A stretch of DNA of 64,000 nucleotides from Opitutales bacterium. GTDB lineage: Bacteria > Verrucomicrobiota > Verrucomicrobiia > Opitutales > UBA2987. The stretch covers positions 108,513-172,512 of the forward strand of contig CBDDEL010000016.1 in assembly GCA_965226885.1 (NCBI GenBank), given 5' to 3'. Positions 45,547-55,555 of this stretch are shown here, in pieces. The first letter of the stretch is position 1, and each line of letters opens with the position of its first letter. Under the pieces are notes generated by a model. The model worked only from the letters and a program-made list of their open reading frames with translations. It had not been told where the DNA came from and did not search any database. The position numbers and the translations under genes were made by a program.

Positions 45547-47363
45547 GAGGCTGTCCCAAAAGGGTGATTTTTGCGAGGGCTTTTGATAGGCGCTCATTTT
45601 AGAGGTATTTGCATTTGGGAGAGTATCAACTTTGCTCTCCTATGACGTTAGGATACTGGTTTTGGGGTCCGGTTGCCTGGTTTTCTTTGTATGAGCCGAC
45701 AGTAAGGCTGTGAAAAAGTATTGTCCTTGCTTTTCCGCTCTCTAGGCCGCCGCTTTGGTTTTTAGTTCGTCTTGCTGGGCCAGCATCTTGGCTACTTTCC
45801 ATAGGTTGTGCGAGAGTACCGACCAGGCTACGCTGATCGAGCGGTTGGCAAAGCCTTTGCTGCGCAACCGCCCGGCCTGCCAGCGATTCTTCAATACCCC
45901 GATCCGCCCTTCGGTGCTGGCCCGGCGCTTTTGCAATTGCCTGAACAGTGGTTCCTCCCTCCGTTTTTTCAACTGCTTCGGATCGCGTGGACAGAGCGCG
46001 TCGTAGATTCCCTCCTGGGCTAACTGCCGGCGGGCCCGCTGGGAGGCAAATCCCCGGTCCGCGCACATGGCCGCTATGGGTTCTTCCAGGTTGAAGCGGT
46101 TCTGTCTTTGCAAACTCTCTTGCATTTGTTCATTTTCGCTTGGAGTTCGGCTGCCGTAGAGTTTCCAGTCCAGCAGGTACCCTTCAACGCTTTCTCCCAA
46201 AAACAGGGTGTTGCCGAACTCGACCTCTTGGCCCGCTTTACCTCGCACAACCACCTGCCCATCGAGTTCGTAAACACTCAAGACTTTCTCTGCGTTTTTC
46301 ACCTGGCGGCCGCCAATGATCCGCTCGTGCGCCTGTTTGATGACCACCGGGATTTGCTCGCTCATGCGCTCCATCCGGGCGAGGATCTGTTGGACCTGTT
46401 TTTCGCTGTAATCGCTTTGCTCCCAGCAGGCTTGCAATAATTCCCGGTGACTGCGGGCATGCTCCCCGATCCGTTTGAGCAGCTTTTTCATCTGCCTCAA
46501 GATACCCTTGCGCTGCCGCGCGCTGTCCTTTCGCCGCCGGCTGTGGGTCATCTGTATGCACAGCCGATTCATCTGCCGAGCCAAGGGCTCCGGTTCGATC
46601 GGCATGCGATGGCGCAAACCGGCCTTCTCGCGGATCAGCCGGATCGCTTTGAGCAACGTGCCGGCTACATCCTTGAGTAATACCCAGTCCGTCGGCCAAT
46701 GAATGTTAGCCTCCAAACAGGTGCCGTCGATCAGGCAAATGGTGGTGTCAATCGGCTTGTCCAATCCCACCTGCCGGGCCAGAAGGGCATCGCCCACCAC
46801 CTCAGTCAAGGTCCGGTGCAAGGCCCTCAACTGCTCTTCGCTGAAAAACTTCGAGGCCCGCTCCAGGGTGCTTTTGGAGATGCCCCTGATGCCATCGATC
46901 TGCCGGACACGGCAAAAGTCGGCCAACAGATCGCTGCTGCCCAGAGCCCGCGACAAATGCCGAAACGAAATCCCTCCGAGCAGACGGCCCAGCGTATCCA
47001 TGCGCAGTGCCTTGATGGCAAAACTGGCCCGCTGCCGCCGGGCCTTTAGACCCATTGGCGGCCACCCCTCCAAGGCCAGCTCAATGGCCTGCGATTCCAC
47101 CTCCGAGTCGATCAGCAGCCGATCGATTCGATCAATGGTGGCGCGGAAGTTATCGTAATCGAGGCACCGGTCGACCACAGTTAAAGCTGGACGCAGGAGG
47201 CATTGGATGGCTATATTTTTCATAGAAAGGGCTATATTGATTTTCGCTAACTCAATTATAGAACCCTTTTTTGGCCGGATCGAGCAAAAACTTGCTCTTT
47301 CCGGCTCTTTTTATCAACGTCATCCAGTTGACTATAAAATCTTTATATTTTTGGGACAGCCTC
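45547..47363 (-). mobile_element. IS5-like element copy B (intact, no flanking direct repeat)
   Basis: Same IRs as copy A; flanks TTAACTA / TATTTAG do not match. Confidence 0.88.
45742..47223 (-). CDS. IS4/IS5-superfamily DDE transposase (493 aa)
   Basis: Differs from copy A at a few residues only (e.g. GLRHRM, LDGQVVVRG, KKRREEPL). Confidence 0.8.
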   Translation of the reverse strand: MKNIAIQCLLRPALTVVDRCLDYDNFRATIDRIDRLLIDSEVESQAIELALEGWPPMGLKARRQRASFAIKALRMDTLGRLLGGISFRHLSRALGSSDLLADFCRVRQIDGIRGISKSTLERASKFFSEEQLRALHRTLTEVVGDALLARQVGLDKPIDTTICLIDGTCLEANIHWPTDWVLLKDVAGTLLKAIRLIREKAGLRHRMPIEPEPLARQMNRLCIQMTHSRRRKDSARQRKGILRQMKKLLKRIGEHARSHRELLQACWEQSDYSEKQVQQILARMERMSEQIPVVIKQAHERIIGGRQVKNAEKVLSVYELDGQVVVRGKAGQEVEFGNTLFLGESVEGYLLDWKLYGSRTPSENEQMQESLQRQNRFNLEEPIAAMCADRGFASQRARRQLAQEGIYDALCPRDPKQLKKRREEPLFRQLQKRRASTEGRIGVLKNRWQAGRLRSKGFANRSISVAWSVLSHNLWKVAKMLAQQDELKTKAAA

Positions 47364-47369
47364 TATTTA

Positions 47370-47385
47370 GTGGCTGTCCCAAAAA
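47370..47385 (+). repeat. orphan IS5-like terminal repeat abutting copy B
   Basis: GTGGCTGTCCCAAAAA, 15/16 match to the IS end, 6 bp (TATTTA) from the end of copy B and facing it; interior differs from either IS end. Confidence 0.7.
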
Positions 47386-47656
47386 CCTGAATTTTGAGAA
47401 ATGAGATATTCGACCCAGCATTGGAAGAGAGCGTAAATCATCAACCCCGTCAAAAAGCGCTGTATAAGGCATCTTTTAGTAATTGTAAACGCCGGGATGA
47501 AACCGGTACGGGGGTCGGGGTAAAACCGGTACGCTTGGAATAAGGTTTAGGTTAGTAATTGCAGGTACGTCAAGGTTTAGGGTTTGGGAGTTGGTTTTGG
47601 GGATTGGCTTGGGGTCGGTGAGGAGGCCGGAGGCCGACGAGCCGGGCCCAAGGCGT

Positions 47657-48424
47657 TTATTGTTTTGTGCCACGGCGACGGCGTCGAGCATCGCGCAAGC
47701 GGTGGCTTTGCCCGTTGGCTTCGAGGATATGCACCCGATGGGTGAGTCGGTCCAGCAGAGCTCCGGTGAGCCGTTCGGAACCGAGCACTTCGATCCAGTT
47801 CTCAAAGGGCAGGTTGGTGGTGACGATGAGACTGGTGCGCTCGTAAGCGCGGCTGACCACGTCGAAGAGCAGTTCGGAACCGGTCTTGGAAAAAGGGACG
47901 TAACCGAGTTCGTCGAGGATGAGTAGGTCGAGCCTTTCGAGTTGCTTCATGAAGCGCTGCAGGTCGTGGTTGTCGCGTTGCTCGAGCATATGGGTAACCA
48001 GGGCGGTGACCCCGAAGAAACGGATCCGCGGGCCCTGGGCACAGGCGGCAAAGCCCAGGGCGGTGGCCAGGTGCGTTTTACCGGTACCGGCGTTACCGAG
48101 GAGCAGCACGTTTTCGCGCTGGTCGACATACTCCCCGCGCATGAGCTCTCGGATGAGCGCTTCGTTGATCGAGGGCTGCGCTTCAAAGGCGAAGCTCTCG
48201 AGGGTCTTGAGCACGGGGAAACGGGCGTTTTTGATCCGCCGCTGGGCGGCCCGCTGTTCGCGTTCAATGAGCTCCCGTTCGACCAGATGCAACAAAAAGG
48301 CGGCGTAATCGAGCCGGTCCCGGGAACAAGCCGCGGCCACCGCCGGCCATTCGCGCAGGATGGTGGGCAACTTCAGTTTCTTGAGGTGATGGTGTAACAG
48401 CAGCTGTTTTTTTTCTTCCTTCAT
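47657..48424 (-). CDS. istB: IS21 helper ATPase IstB
   Basis: LLLGNAGTGKTHLATALG Walker A; 255 aa. Confidence 0.9.
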   Translation of the reverse strand: MKEEKKQLLLHHHLKKLKLPTILREWPAVAAACSRDRLDYAAFLLHLVERELIEREQRAAQRRIKNARFPVLKTLESFAFEAQPSINEALIRELMRGEYVDQRENVLLLGNAGTGKTHLATALGFAACAQGPRIRFFGVTALVTHMLEQRDNHDLQRFMKQLERLDLLILDELGYVPFSKTGSELLFDVVSRAYERTSLIVTTNLPFENWIEVLGSERLTGALLDRLTHRVHILEANGQSHRLRDARRRRRGTKQ

Positions 48425-49926
48425 AAAGCCCCTCCTGGAATCTTGAGCAGTTCGCTGTAGGCACCGAGGTCAGGGGCGGCCACACGGACGTGACGCAGGT
48501 GTGGATGGCCGTCCAGCCGGAAGGTTCTGCTCCCGTAGTCTTCCTGAGGATAGAGATACTGGGCGATGGCCTCACGAGTCAGTCCCCCCACCCGCAGGGC
48601 CGAGACGACGGCCTGCTGCAAGGCCGCCATGGGGTGTTTCTCCAACAGCCGCAGCACCCGGATATACTCCCGGGTGCCTTCGCCCCCGCATTGGCTTTCG
48701 AGCCGGCGTCTGAGGACCTGCAGGCACTGCGGCAACTGCCAGCCCGAGAGTGGGCGGGCGAAGTCCAAAGCGCCCGGTTTTTTCTCCAGCAAAGCCAGGT
48801 AGTGCACCGGCTCGAAAGAGACTTGCTCTTTATCCCAAATGCGGCGGTGCCGGGCCACCTCTTGGCCCCCACAGAAGATCACCACCTGCCGACAGGACCC
48901 TTCCACCACCACCGGATGGTGGGCGCAGCGCACCGGCACCGAATAGTCGTTGCACTCGAAGCGCACCAGCGAGAGGCTGCTGACGCAGGTCGAGCGTTTG
49001 CGGCTCGCTTCAAAGGGTATGGGCGGCAACGCCAGCATGACGGCGCGCTCCTCGGCCAGCAGTTCCTTTTTCACCGCCCTTTTCCCGCGTAATTTACGCT
49101 CCATGTCCCGCTCACATGCCTCCAACAGCTTTGCGTTGAGTTCCTCCAGGTCCCGAACCTGCGGTACCGGTACCAGGAAGTTGGCCCGGGCATAACGCAC
49201 GATCCCCTCGACCACGCCCTTCTCGTTGGGCCGGGCGGGCAGACAGAAGTGTTCCTCGAACAGGTAATGGCTCTGTAGCTGCAGAAACCCGTCGGTCAGC
49301 TTGCGTTCACGCGAACCGATAATCTTACCCACCGCCACCTTCGAGTTGTCATAGCTGATGCGCCGGGGCACCGCCCCGAAAAACTCAAAAGCTCGCAGGT
49401 GCCCCTCCCAGAAGCTCTCCGTGCACTCCCGTTCGAACACCTGCACGAAAAAGGCATCGCTGTAGGGCAGGCTCATGGCAAAAAATGGCCGCCTACGCAA
49501 TTGCCCCGCCTCCTTCACCAGGGCATGACCGAAGTCCACCTGTCCCTCCCCGGGGCGGTGCTCCAGCGGCACGAACACTTCCCGCCGCCTCGCTCGCAGC
49601 TCGGCCACCACCTCCTTGACCGCCGTGTAGCCCCCTTGGTAGCCCTTCTCCCGACCCAAACGCTGGTAGATCCGTTTGGCCGTATGGCGCTGCTTCTTGG
49701 GCACGTTCCGGTCCGCTTTGAGCACCTCCTCGATCCAGCCCACATACGGATCGATCTTGCGCTCTCGCCTCTTCTTGCGCCGGTATCCCGGCGGCTGGGA
49801 ATAGGCCAGCATCTTTCCCAGGGTCTCCCAGTGCAGTCCCTCTTCTCGCATTACAGAGCGCTTGCTCTGCTTGTCCCGCAGCACTTTGTGCCGCACTCTT
49901 GTCCATTGCTTCATATCTCGATACAC
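48421..49926 (-). CDS. istA: IS21 transposase IstA
   Basis: 501 aa; N-terminal HTH, DDE core (GEGQVDFG...); intact. Confidence 0.88.
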   Translation of the reverse strand: MYRDMKQWTRVRHKVLRDKQSKRSVMREEGLHWETLGKMLAYSQPPGYRRKKRRERKIDPYVGWIEEVLKADRNVPKKQRHTAKRIYQRLGREKGYQGGYTAVKEVVAELRARRREVFVPLEHRPGEGQVDFGHALVKEAGQLRRRPFFAMSLPYSDAFFVQVFERECTESFWEGHLRAFEFFGAVPRRISYDNSKVAVGKIIGSRERKLTDGFLQLQSHYLFEEHFCLPARPNEKGVVEGIVRYARANFLVPVPQVRDLEELNAKLLEACERDMERKLRGKRAVKKELLAEERAVMLALPPIPFEASRKRSTCVSSLSLVRFECNDYSVPVRCAHHPVVVEGSCRQVVIFCGGQEVARHRRIWDKEQVSFEPVHYLALLEKKPGALDFARPLSGWQLPQCLQVLRRRLESQCGGEGTREYIRVLRLLEKHPMAALQQAVVSALRVGGLTREAIAQYLYPQEDYGSRTFRLDGHPHLRHVRVAAPDLGAYSELLKIPGGAL

Positions 49927-50237
49927 TCCTCCTTTCTAGGATAAGCGTACCGGTTTTAAAGCGCCCTCTTTACCGTACCGGTTTTTCCCCGGCGTTTACA
50001 AAAGGAAAACTCGCGAACATCTCCGCGGTCTTGAGATCAAAGACAAGCCGGCAGGCATGTTAATCGTAATGCAGAATATCAAGCTCATGCGCCCGGGGAT
50101 GCTCCGTGAGTTCGAGAGAGCCGGATACACCTGTATTGGCAAGACCCCAAAAGGATTCGACCTCTGGATACACGATTTTTAGAAAGCTATCGTTGTATAC
50201 GGGATTGTGTTGAATCCCTTTCTGGTATAACTGAATA

Positions 50238-50254
50238 GAGGCTGTCCCAAAAAC
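50238..50254 (+). repeat. second orphan IS5-like terminal repeat
   Basis: GAGGCTGTCCCAAAAAC; shares GGCTGTCCCAAAAACC with 47372-47387; no inverted partner seen nearby. Confidence 0.6.
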
Positions 50255-50341
50255 CGGTTCGACCTGAAACTAAACCTCTGCAAGTGCCATCGCCCCAAAA
50301 TCAAAAGAATCGGGCAGTAACGAACACCTCGTGCTATTAGA

Positions 50342-52015
50342 TCAGCGGCGGGCCTGAGCTACCTGTGCCGCTGTGATTGTGCCTAGTTCCTTGGCGAACT
50401 GGGTGCGTGAATAATTGATAACGGAAGCAATCTCCTCGTCGCTCAAATGGTCGAGAGCCGACATGACGTTTTCATAATCACTGTTCATTACCCACCCGCT
50501 GCCTTCCAAGACCAGCCGAAGGGTTTCCGAGGCATTGCCTCGCAACTTCTTCGATCCCAATAAAGAAGGCTGCATACCGTCAACCCCCTGCCCGTCGGCC
50601 TGGTGGCATGAAAGACAATGCTGCCGGTATAACGCTCCTCCGTCCACATTCGGTTTAATCATTTCGAGAGCGGTAACGCCGGCCGGAATTTCACCTCCAA
50701 GGCTCGAATCAACCCCTGGCATGGATGCATCCTTTCCGGTATAAACGATGCGCCATATTCTACCTTTCTGGGAATCGCTCAAGTAGAGGGAACCGTCCGG
50801 CCCCTCGGCCAGGCCGACCGGCCGCCAGCGCGCATCATTCGGGTTTTCCAGGATTTCCCGGCCTTTGAAACCGTCCGCGAATATTTCGTAGTAATCGTCT
50901 TTCAGATTTTTCCCCTCGAATGGGACAAATACGACATTGAACCCCTTTTGCGGCAAGGGAGCACGGTTCCACGAACCATGAAACGCAATGAAGGCGCCGC
51001 GGCGGTATTTTTCCGGAAATTGCTCTCCGCCGTAGAACAAAAGATCATTCGGCGCCCAGTGTCCGGGAAAGGCCAAAATGGGGTCGTAATATTTGCCTTC
51101 GGGCGCTTGTTTTTTACCATCTCCGCCATATTCCGGCGTTGTCATGCGGGCGCCCAGAAAGTGATCGAAGTAAGCGTAGGGCCAGCCAAAATCGGACCCA
51201 TCGCGCACCAGCATCAACTCTTCTGCGGGTTGTTCCGATCCCTCCTTTTCACTATAAAACTCCGGCCATAGCTGGAAGAGCTGGTCCCTGCCATGCTGCA
51301 CTACATAAAGCTCCTGATTCTTCACACTCCAGGCCAGGGCGATTGAATTGCGGATACCGGTGGCAAAATGGTGACCATCTTCGAGCTGGGTCTGCCCAGT
51401 CCGGTCCGCCCGGAAGCGCCAAATGCCGGCCGATCTCTTCAATTGGGGGCAAGGATCGATCCCAGGCGAACCCGCCGTGCGGCTCTTTTCCTGGCAGGCA
51501 TTGGAAGGCGCGCCCACCTCCACGAACAGATTCCCGTGATCGTCGAACGCAAAAACCTTGTCCCGGTGGCTGCGCTGATGGGCAAACCCACTCACCACCA
51601 CTTCGTAAAGTCCCTTCGGGAGCAGTTCCTCCTCATCCAACTGAAAACGAACGACCTGGGTTGAAGAGGAGACGTATAGGTGATCTCCGTAAATGCGAAG
51701 CCCTTTGCAACGATCGTCCAGCTCTCCAAAATACTTGATTATGTCCGCCCGGCCATCCCCATTTGTGTCGCGCAAAGCGGCAATGTAATTACGGTCGATA
51801 GGTCTACTCAATGAGACGTAAATATCGCCGTTTTTGCGAACAGCAATCTGCCGCGCCCGACCAATCTCATCCACAACCACGACCGCCTGAAAACCTTGAG
51901 GCAGTTGAATACCGTCATTATCCGAGTCAAAAGCCAAGCCATCATCACCGCCCTTAAGCAAAGTCAAACCAGCTAAAAGAAGCCCACAGGCAAAAAAAAT
52001 ACCAATTTTATTCAT
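50342..52015 (-). CDS. PQQ-dependent sugar (sorbosone/glucose) dehydrogenase fused to C-terminal cytochrome c domain
   Basis: Signal peptide; beta-propeller motifs (GIRNSIALAW, GSDFGWPY, RPVGLAEGPDGSLYLSD); heme site CLSCHQ. Confidence 0.82.
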   Translation of the reverse strand: MNKIGIFFACGLLLAGLTLLKGGDDGLAFDSDNDGIQLPQGFQAVVVVDEIGRARQIAVRKNGDIYVSLSRPIDRNYIAALRDTNGDGRADIIKYFGELDDRCKGLRIYGDHLYVSSSTQVVRFQLDEEELLPKGLYEVVVSGFAHQRSHRDKVFAFDDHGNLFVEVGAPSNACQEKSRTAGSPGIDPCPQLKRSAGIWRFRADRTGQTQLEDGHHFATGIRNSIALAWSVKNQELYVVQHGRDQLFQLWPEFYSEKEGSEQPAEELMLVRDGSDFGWPYAYFDHFLGARMTTPEYGGDGKKQAPEGKYYDPILAFPGHWAPNDLLFYGGEQFPEKYRRGAFIAFHGSWNRAPLPQKGFNVVFVPFEGKNLKDDYYEIFADGFKGREILENPNDARWRPVGLAEGPDGSLYLSDSQKGRIWRIVYTGKDASMPGVDSSLGGEIPAGVTALEMIKPNVDGGALYRQHCLSCHQADGQGVDGMQPSLLGSKKLRGNASETLRLVLEGSGWVMNSDYENVMSALDHLSDEEIASVINYSRTQFAKELGTITAAQVAQARR

Positions 52016-52250
52016 CGTTCTCCAAATTCAGTTAAAAATCGATTCCGATGCACCATGCCCCACCAAACATCATTAAGCAATGGTTTCTTGCCAAGGCCAA
52101 GGGAATAGGTGCCCGGCAAAAGCGTAGATATAAAGGCCGCGTTGAGGGGTTCCTATAGCCATATGTGAGTAGTTCTTGCCTTCGGCAACATCTCATTTCA
52201 ATATGGCCAAACGTATTTCTTGCCCTGGTTGGGCCGAGACTTCATTTGCC

Positions 52251-53174
52251 ATGCGTTACAGGACATTAGGAAAAACAGGTTGGGAGGTAAGCGCCGTATC
52301 CATGGGATGTTGGGGCATCAGTGGCCAGTGGGGAACGGTGGATGACCGGCAGGCGCTCGACACTATTGCCGCGGCCCTCGATTCCGGAGTCAACCTCTTC
52401 GATACGGCGGACAACTATGGGTTGGGCCGGAGCGAGGAGTTGGTCGGCAAAGCTTTTCATGGAAAGAAACCGGATCATGTTTACATAGCGACCAAAGTCG
52501 GCAATTGGGCCCGGAAATTGGACGATCCGCCGGGCTTGCGTTCCAAATACAGCATCGTCAACTGCTGCCATGCCAGCCTTTACCGGCTGGGCCTTGATGC
52601 CATCGACTTGTATCAATGCCATGTCGGCACGCCGGAAAATCCGGAAATCTTCGTGGAAGCCTTCGAGTTGCTCAAAAAACAGGGCAAAATACGTCAATAC
52701 GCCATTTCCACAAATGACCTTGAGGCTCTCAAGGCGTTGAGTACCAACGGTCAATGCGCAAGCTGCCAGATCAACTACTCCATTCTCAACCGCTCGGCAG
52801 AGAAAGACATCCTGCCCTATTGCCGGGAAAACAACATCGGAGTCCTTCTTCGCGGGCCGCTAGGAAAGGGCATCCTGAGCGGAAAATTCACGTCCAACAC
52901 CTATTTTGAAGACACGGTGAGACAAAGCTGGAACGAGGGGCAAAGCAAAAGAGCGGAACTACTATCAGGTCTGGAAATAGTTGAAAAAGTAAAATCGCTC
53001 GTCACGGAAGAGCGCTCATTGGTCGATATCGCACTTCAATTCACCCTCGCCCACCCGGCCGTTACCTGTCCCATACCCGGCATGAAAAACCCCGGCCAGG
53101 CCCGCCGGAACGCCGCCGCAGCCGACGGCGATCTCAGCGCCGAAGACCTGAATTTCCTCGATAAAATTTCCTGA
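52251..53174 (+). CDS. aldo/keto reductase
   Basis: MRYRTLGKTGWEVSAVSMGCWG typical AKR start; listed ORF begins at 52176. Confidence 0.85.
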   Translation: MRYRTLGKTGWEVSAVSMGCWGISGQWGTVDDRQALDTIAAALDSGVNLFDTADNYGLGRSEELVGKAFHGKKPDHVYIATKVGNWARKLDDPPGLRSKYSIVNCCHASLYRLGLDAIDLYQCHVGTPENPEIFVEAFELLKKQGKIRQYAISTNDLEALKALSTNGQCASCQINYSILNRSAEKDILPYCRENNIGVLLRGPLGKGILSGKFTSNTYFEDTVRQSWNEGQSKRAELLSGLEIVEKVKSLVTEERSLVDIALQFTLAHPAVTCPIPGMKNPGQARRNAAAADGDLSAEDLNFLDKIS

Positions 53175-53915
53175 TCCTTCCTCTCATTCTGCAAAATTAT
53201 CTTCGCTTTCTCCGGCGGGATGGCCATATTGCAAGAACGCGTAAGGGCGATTCGCTAATCGGCGCCGTCTTCAGCCCTGGCAGGCGCTCACGACCCAGTA
53301 ATTACCAAACTTGTCTCAATTTCAATCACACGGCGCGCAAACTGGAAATTTGTAAAAACTGGCTCCGGCATTAAAGATAACAGTTTTACGGGCGACTTTA
53401 AGAACGTTAAGGCAAAAACGTATTAACAAGGCCGTCGATTCCTTTGACAATCGGCAAAAACGGCAGCAAGGAAGCTGCCAATGATAAAATCAAGGAAGAA
53501 AAATAATGTTATTAATGCACAAGATCAAATTAAGCAATTTTTTGTCCAAATATACAGGAAAAATGCGATTAACTGGTAAACTATCATTCATTGGAGTGAC
53601 TGCTCTTGGTATCATCCTTGGAAGCTCGCCATTAGTGGCGACAAATACAACTTTCCAGACCGTTACCTTTTCAGTCAGTGCCATCAATGAACTCTCGGTG
53701 AGTGGCAATCCAGGCACATTGACGATCTCAGCAGCTACTGCCGGATCTGCGCCGAATTCAGTGTCAGATGCAACAACCACCTATTCCATCACTACCAACG
53801 AAAGCACAAGAAAGATAACCGCGGCAATTGATGTTGCCATGCCTTCCGGAACCACCTTGACGGCAAATCTTGTGCCGCCCGTCGGGCGGCACAAGCGCTG
53901 GCGCGCTTTCTTTAA

Positions 53916-55482
53916 CCCGGATATTTCATGAAGGGTAAAGTTTGGCTCGTTATTGCTATTGGAGATGGATTTCTTTGTATTTTGAGCAGATCGTCTTGAT
54001 TTTTAGGTGTTTTTCAGGGTGTAGAGACACTGCCCCCTTTCCCCCATTGGTTCGGTAGTGCCGGGGGCAGCACCAATGCACCCTTTAGGTTGGCACCAAT
54101 CGGCGGGCCGCATGGTTGAAAAGACTGGCCCAAGGATAACTCTCACTTAGGTGAAAGTGAATCGTTCGGGTGTTGCGCACGATGACCGCTCCGATCTTGA
54201 TTAATTTGAGCCGCAGGGTGTGGCATTGGGCCCGCGCCCACTTCGTCCCTTTTAAGGCTAACCGGCGCATGGCTTCCATCAAGGTGTAGGCCAGCGCCGA
54301 CAAGAGCAATCGCCACTGATTGGGCCACCATTGATGGGCGCTGGTGCGCTCGCTGAACAATTGCATCTGTTCCTTGATGCGGTTCTCCATTTCACCGCGG
54401 CCACAGTATACCTTGTCGTAAAGCTCCTGGGGATCGCCCGGCAGGTTCGTCACCACGAAGCGCGGGTTGGACCCCTGTGCGGTGTGTTCGGCTTTATGGA
54501 TGACCAACCGCAGCCATCGCCACGAATCGGCAGCATAGACGAAGTCCTGGAATAACCGTTGTTTTTTACCCCTTAGTTCGAACCATTCTTTGGCCTGCTT
54601 TTGCAACTGCTGGGCGTCTTGCTGCAAGCGTGCATTGCGAGCCATCCCCACGATGTAACTAACTTCGTTGCGGTCGCACCAAGAGAGTATCCGGTCTCGA
54701 CAAAATCCACTGTCGGCGCGCCAAATAATCCGCGTACGGGGCCAGCTTTGGCGAATCCGTTTAACCAGCAATTTGAGGATGGCCCCGGCATGCTTGCTGG
54801 CATCGATCTTGCTCGGCCGCAGGTAGGCCACCAGCAGCTGATCACCGCAAAAAACATATAGCGGCAGAAAACAGTAATGATCATAATAACCGTGGAAAAA
54901 ACGTCCCTCCTGGAGCCCGTGCACCGGATTGTCGGTGGCGTCAAAGTCCAGGATGATCTCTTCGGGTTCCTCGGCAAAGGAGCCCATGAACTGTTCGACC
55001 AACAGCTCGTTTACCGCAAAGGCCGCCCGCCGATCCTGCCCGTTTTCAAAACGACACAAAGTCGGCGCGCTGGCCAACGTTTCAATGCGCCCCGTTACCG
55101 TTTGCAACAATGGATCGTGGCGCAGGGTATCAAAGTCGTTCAAATCCTCATAGCCCGCCACCAGCCCGTAAACGCGCTGCCGCAGCATCCCCAATACCTC
55201 ATGGCGTACTTTGCCCTTCTGCCGTTTGTCCACTAACTGTCGGGCCGCTCGTTCGGTCAAGCCCAACTGCCGATCCACTTCCCGGATCAAAAGCAGTCCG
55301 GCATCCGAAGTAACCTCTCCGCCCTTGAAATCAACCCGCACACGGCGGCCTTTTACCCTTGTCAACTGTAGCTTTAATTGTTTACCTTTTGTCATCGCTG
55401 ATATTGCTTTAATTATTGATCTATCCTGCTGTATATCAGCAGTTAAGCATATCAACGATACTTTTTTTACGAAATATCCGGG
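53916..55482 (-). mobile_element. IS1380-family insertion sequence, copy 2 (1567 bp)
   Basis: Same IRs as copy 1; 4-bp direct repeat TTAA at 53912-53915 and 55483-55486. Confidence 0.88.
54085..55455 (-). CDS. IS1380-family DDE transposase
   Basis: 456 aa, two substitutions versus copy 1 (KEWFEL, WWPNQW). Confidence 0.8.
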   Translation of the reverse strand: MICLTADIQQDRSIIKAISAMTKGKQLKLQLTRVKGRRVRVDFKGGEVTSDAGLLLIREVDRQLGLTERAARQLVDKRQKGKVRHEVLGMLRQRVYGLVAGYEDLNDFDTLRHDPLLQTVTGRIETLASAPTLCRFENGQDRRAAFAVNELLVEQFMGSFAEEPEEIILDFDATDNPVHGLQEGRFFHGYYDHYCFLPLYVFCGDQLLVAYLRPSKIDASKHAGAILKLLVKRIRQSWPRTRIIWRADSGFCRDRILSWCDRNEVSYIVGMARNARLQQDAQQLQKQAKEWFELRGKKQRLFQDFVYAADSWRWLRLVIHKAEHTAQGSNPRFVVTNLPGDPQELYDKVYCGRGEMENRIKEQMQLFSERTSAHQWWPNQWRLLLSALAYTLMEAMRRLALKGTKWARAQCHTLRLKLIKIGAVIVRNTRTIHFHLSESYPWASLFNHAARRLVPT

Positions 55483-55555
55483 TTAAGCACGACCGCCGTT
55501 GATGTTGTTACAGGAATCACAAAGCTGAATGAAAGTGGAAAATCAATTACTGATA

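Larger units (their letters stand above)
47484..50000 (-). mobile_element. IS21-family insertion sequence, copy 1 (2517 bp)
   Basis: Terminal IRs TGTAAACGCCGGG / CCCGGCGTTTACA, repeated AAACCGGTACG motifs near both ends, istA-istB with ATGA overlap; no flanking direct repeat. Confidence 0.88.

Noticed and set aside
45177-45602. 141-aa ORF downstream of the BI-1 gene
   Set aside because: It starts out of frame inside the BI-1 gene and ends inside IS5-like copy B with the generic IS-encoded tail, so it is not a real gene. A 58-codon minus-strand fragment (45371-45546) may be a gene remnant, but it has no recognisable motif.
48490-49092. Several 70-200-aa ORFs in other frames and strands of the IS21 copies
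   Set aside because: The IS21 DNA is visibly more GC-rich than its surroundings, which suppresses stop codons in all frames. The compositions are Arg/Pro/Gly/Ala-rich.
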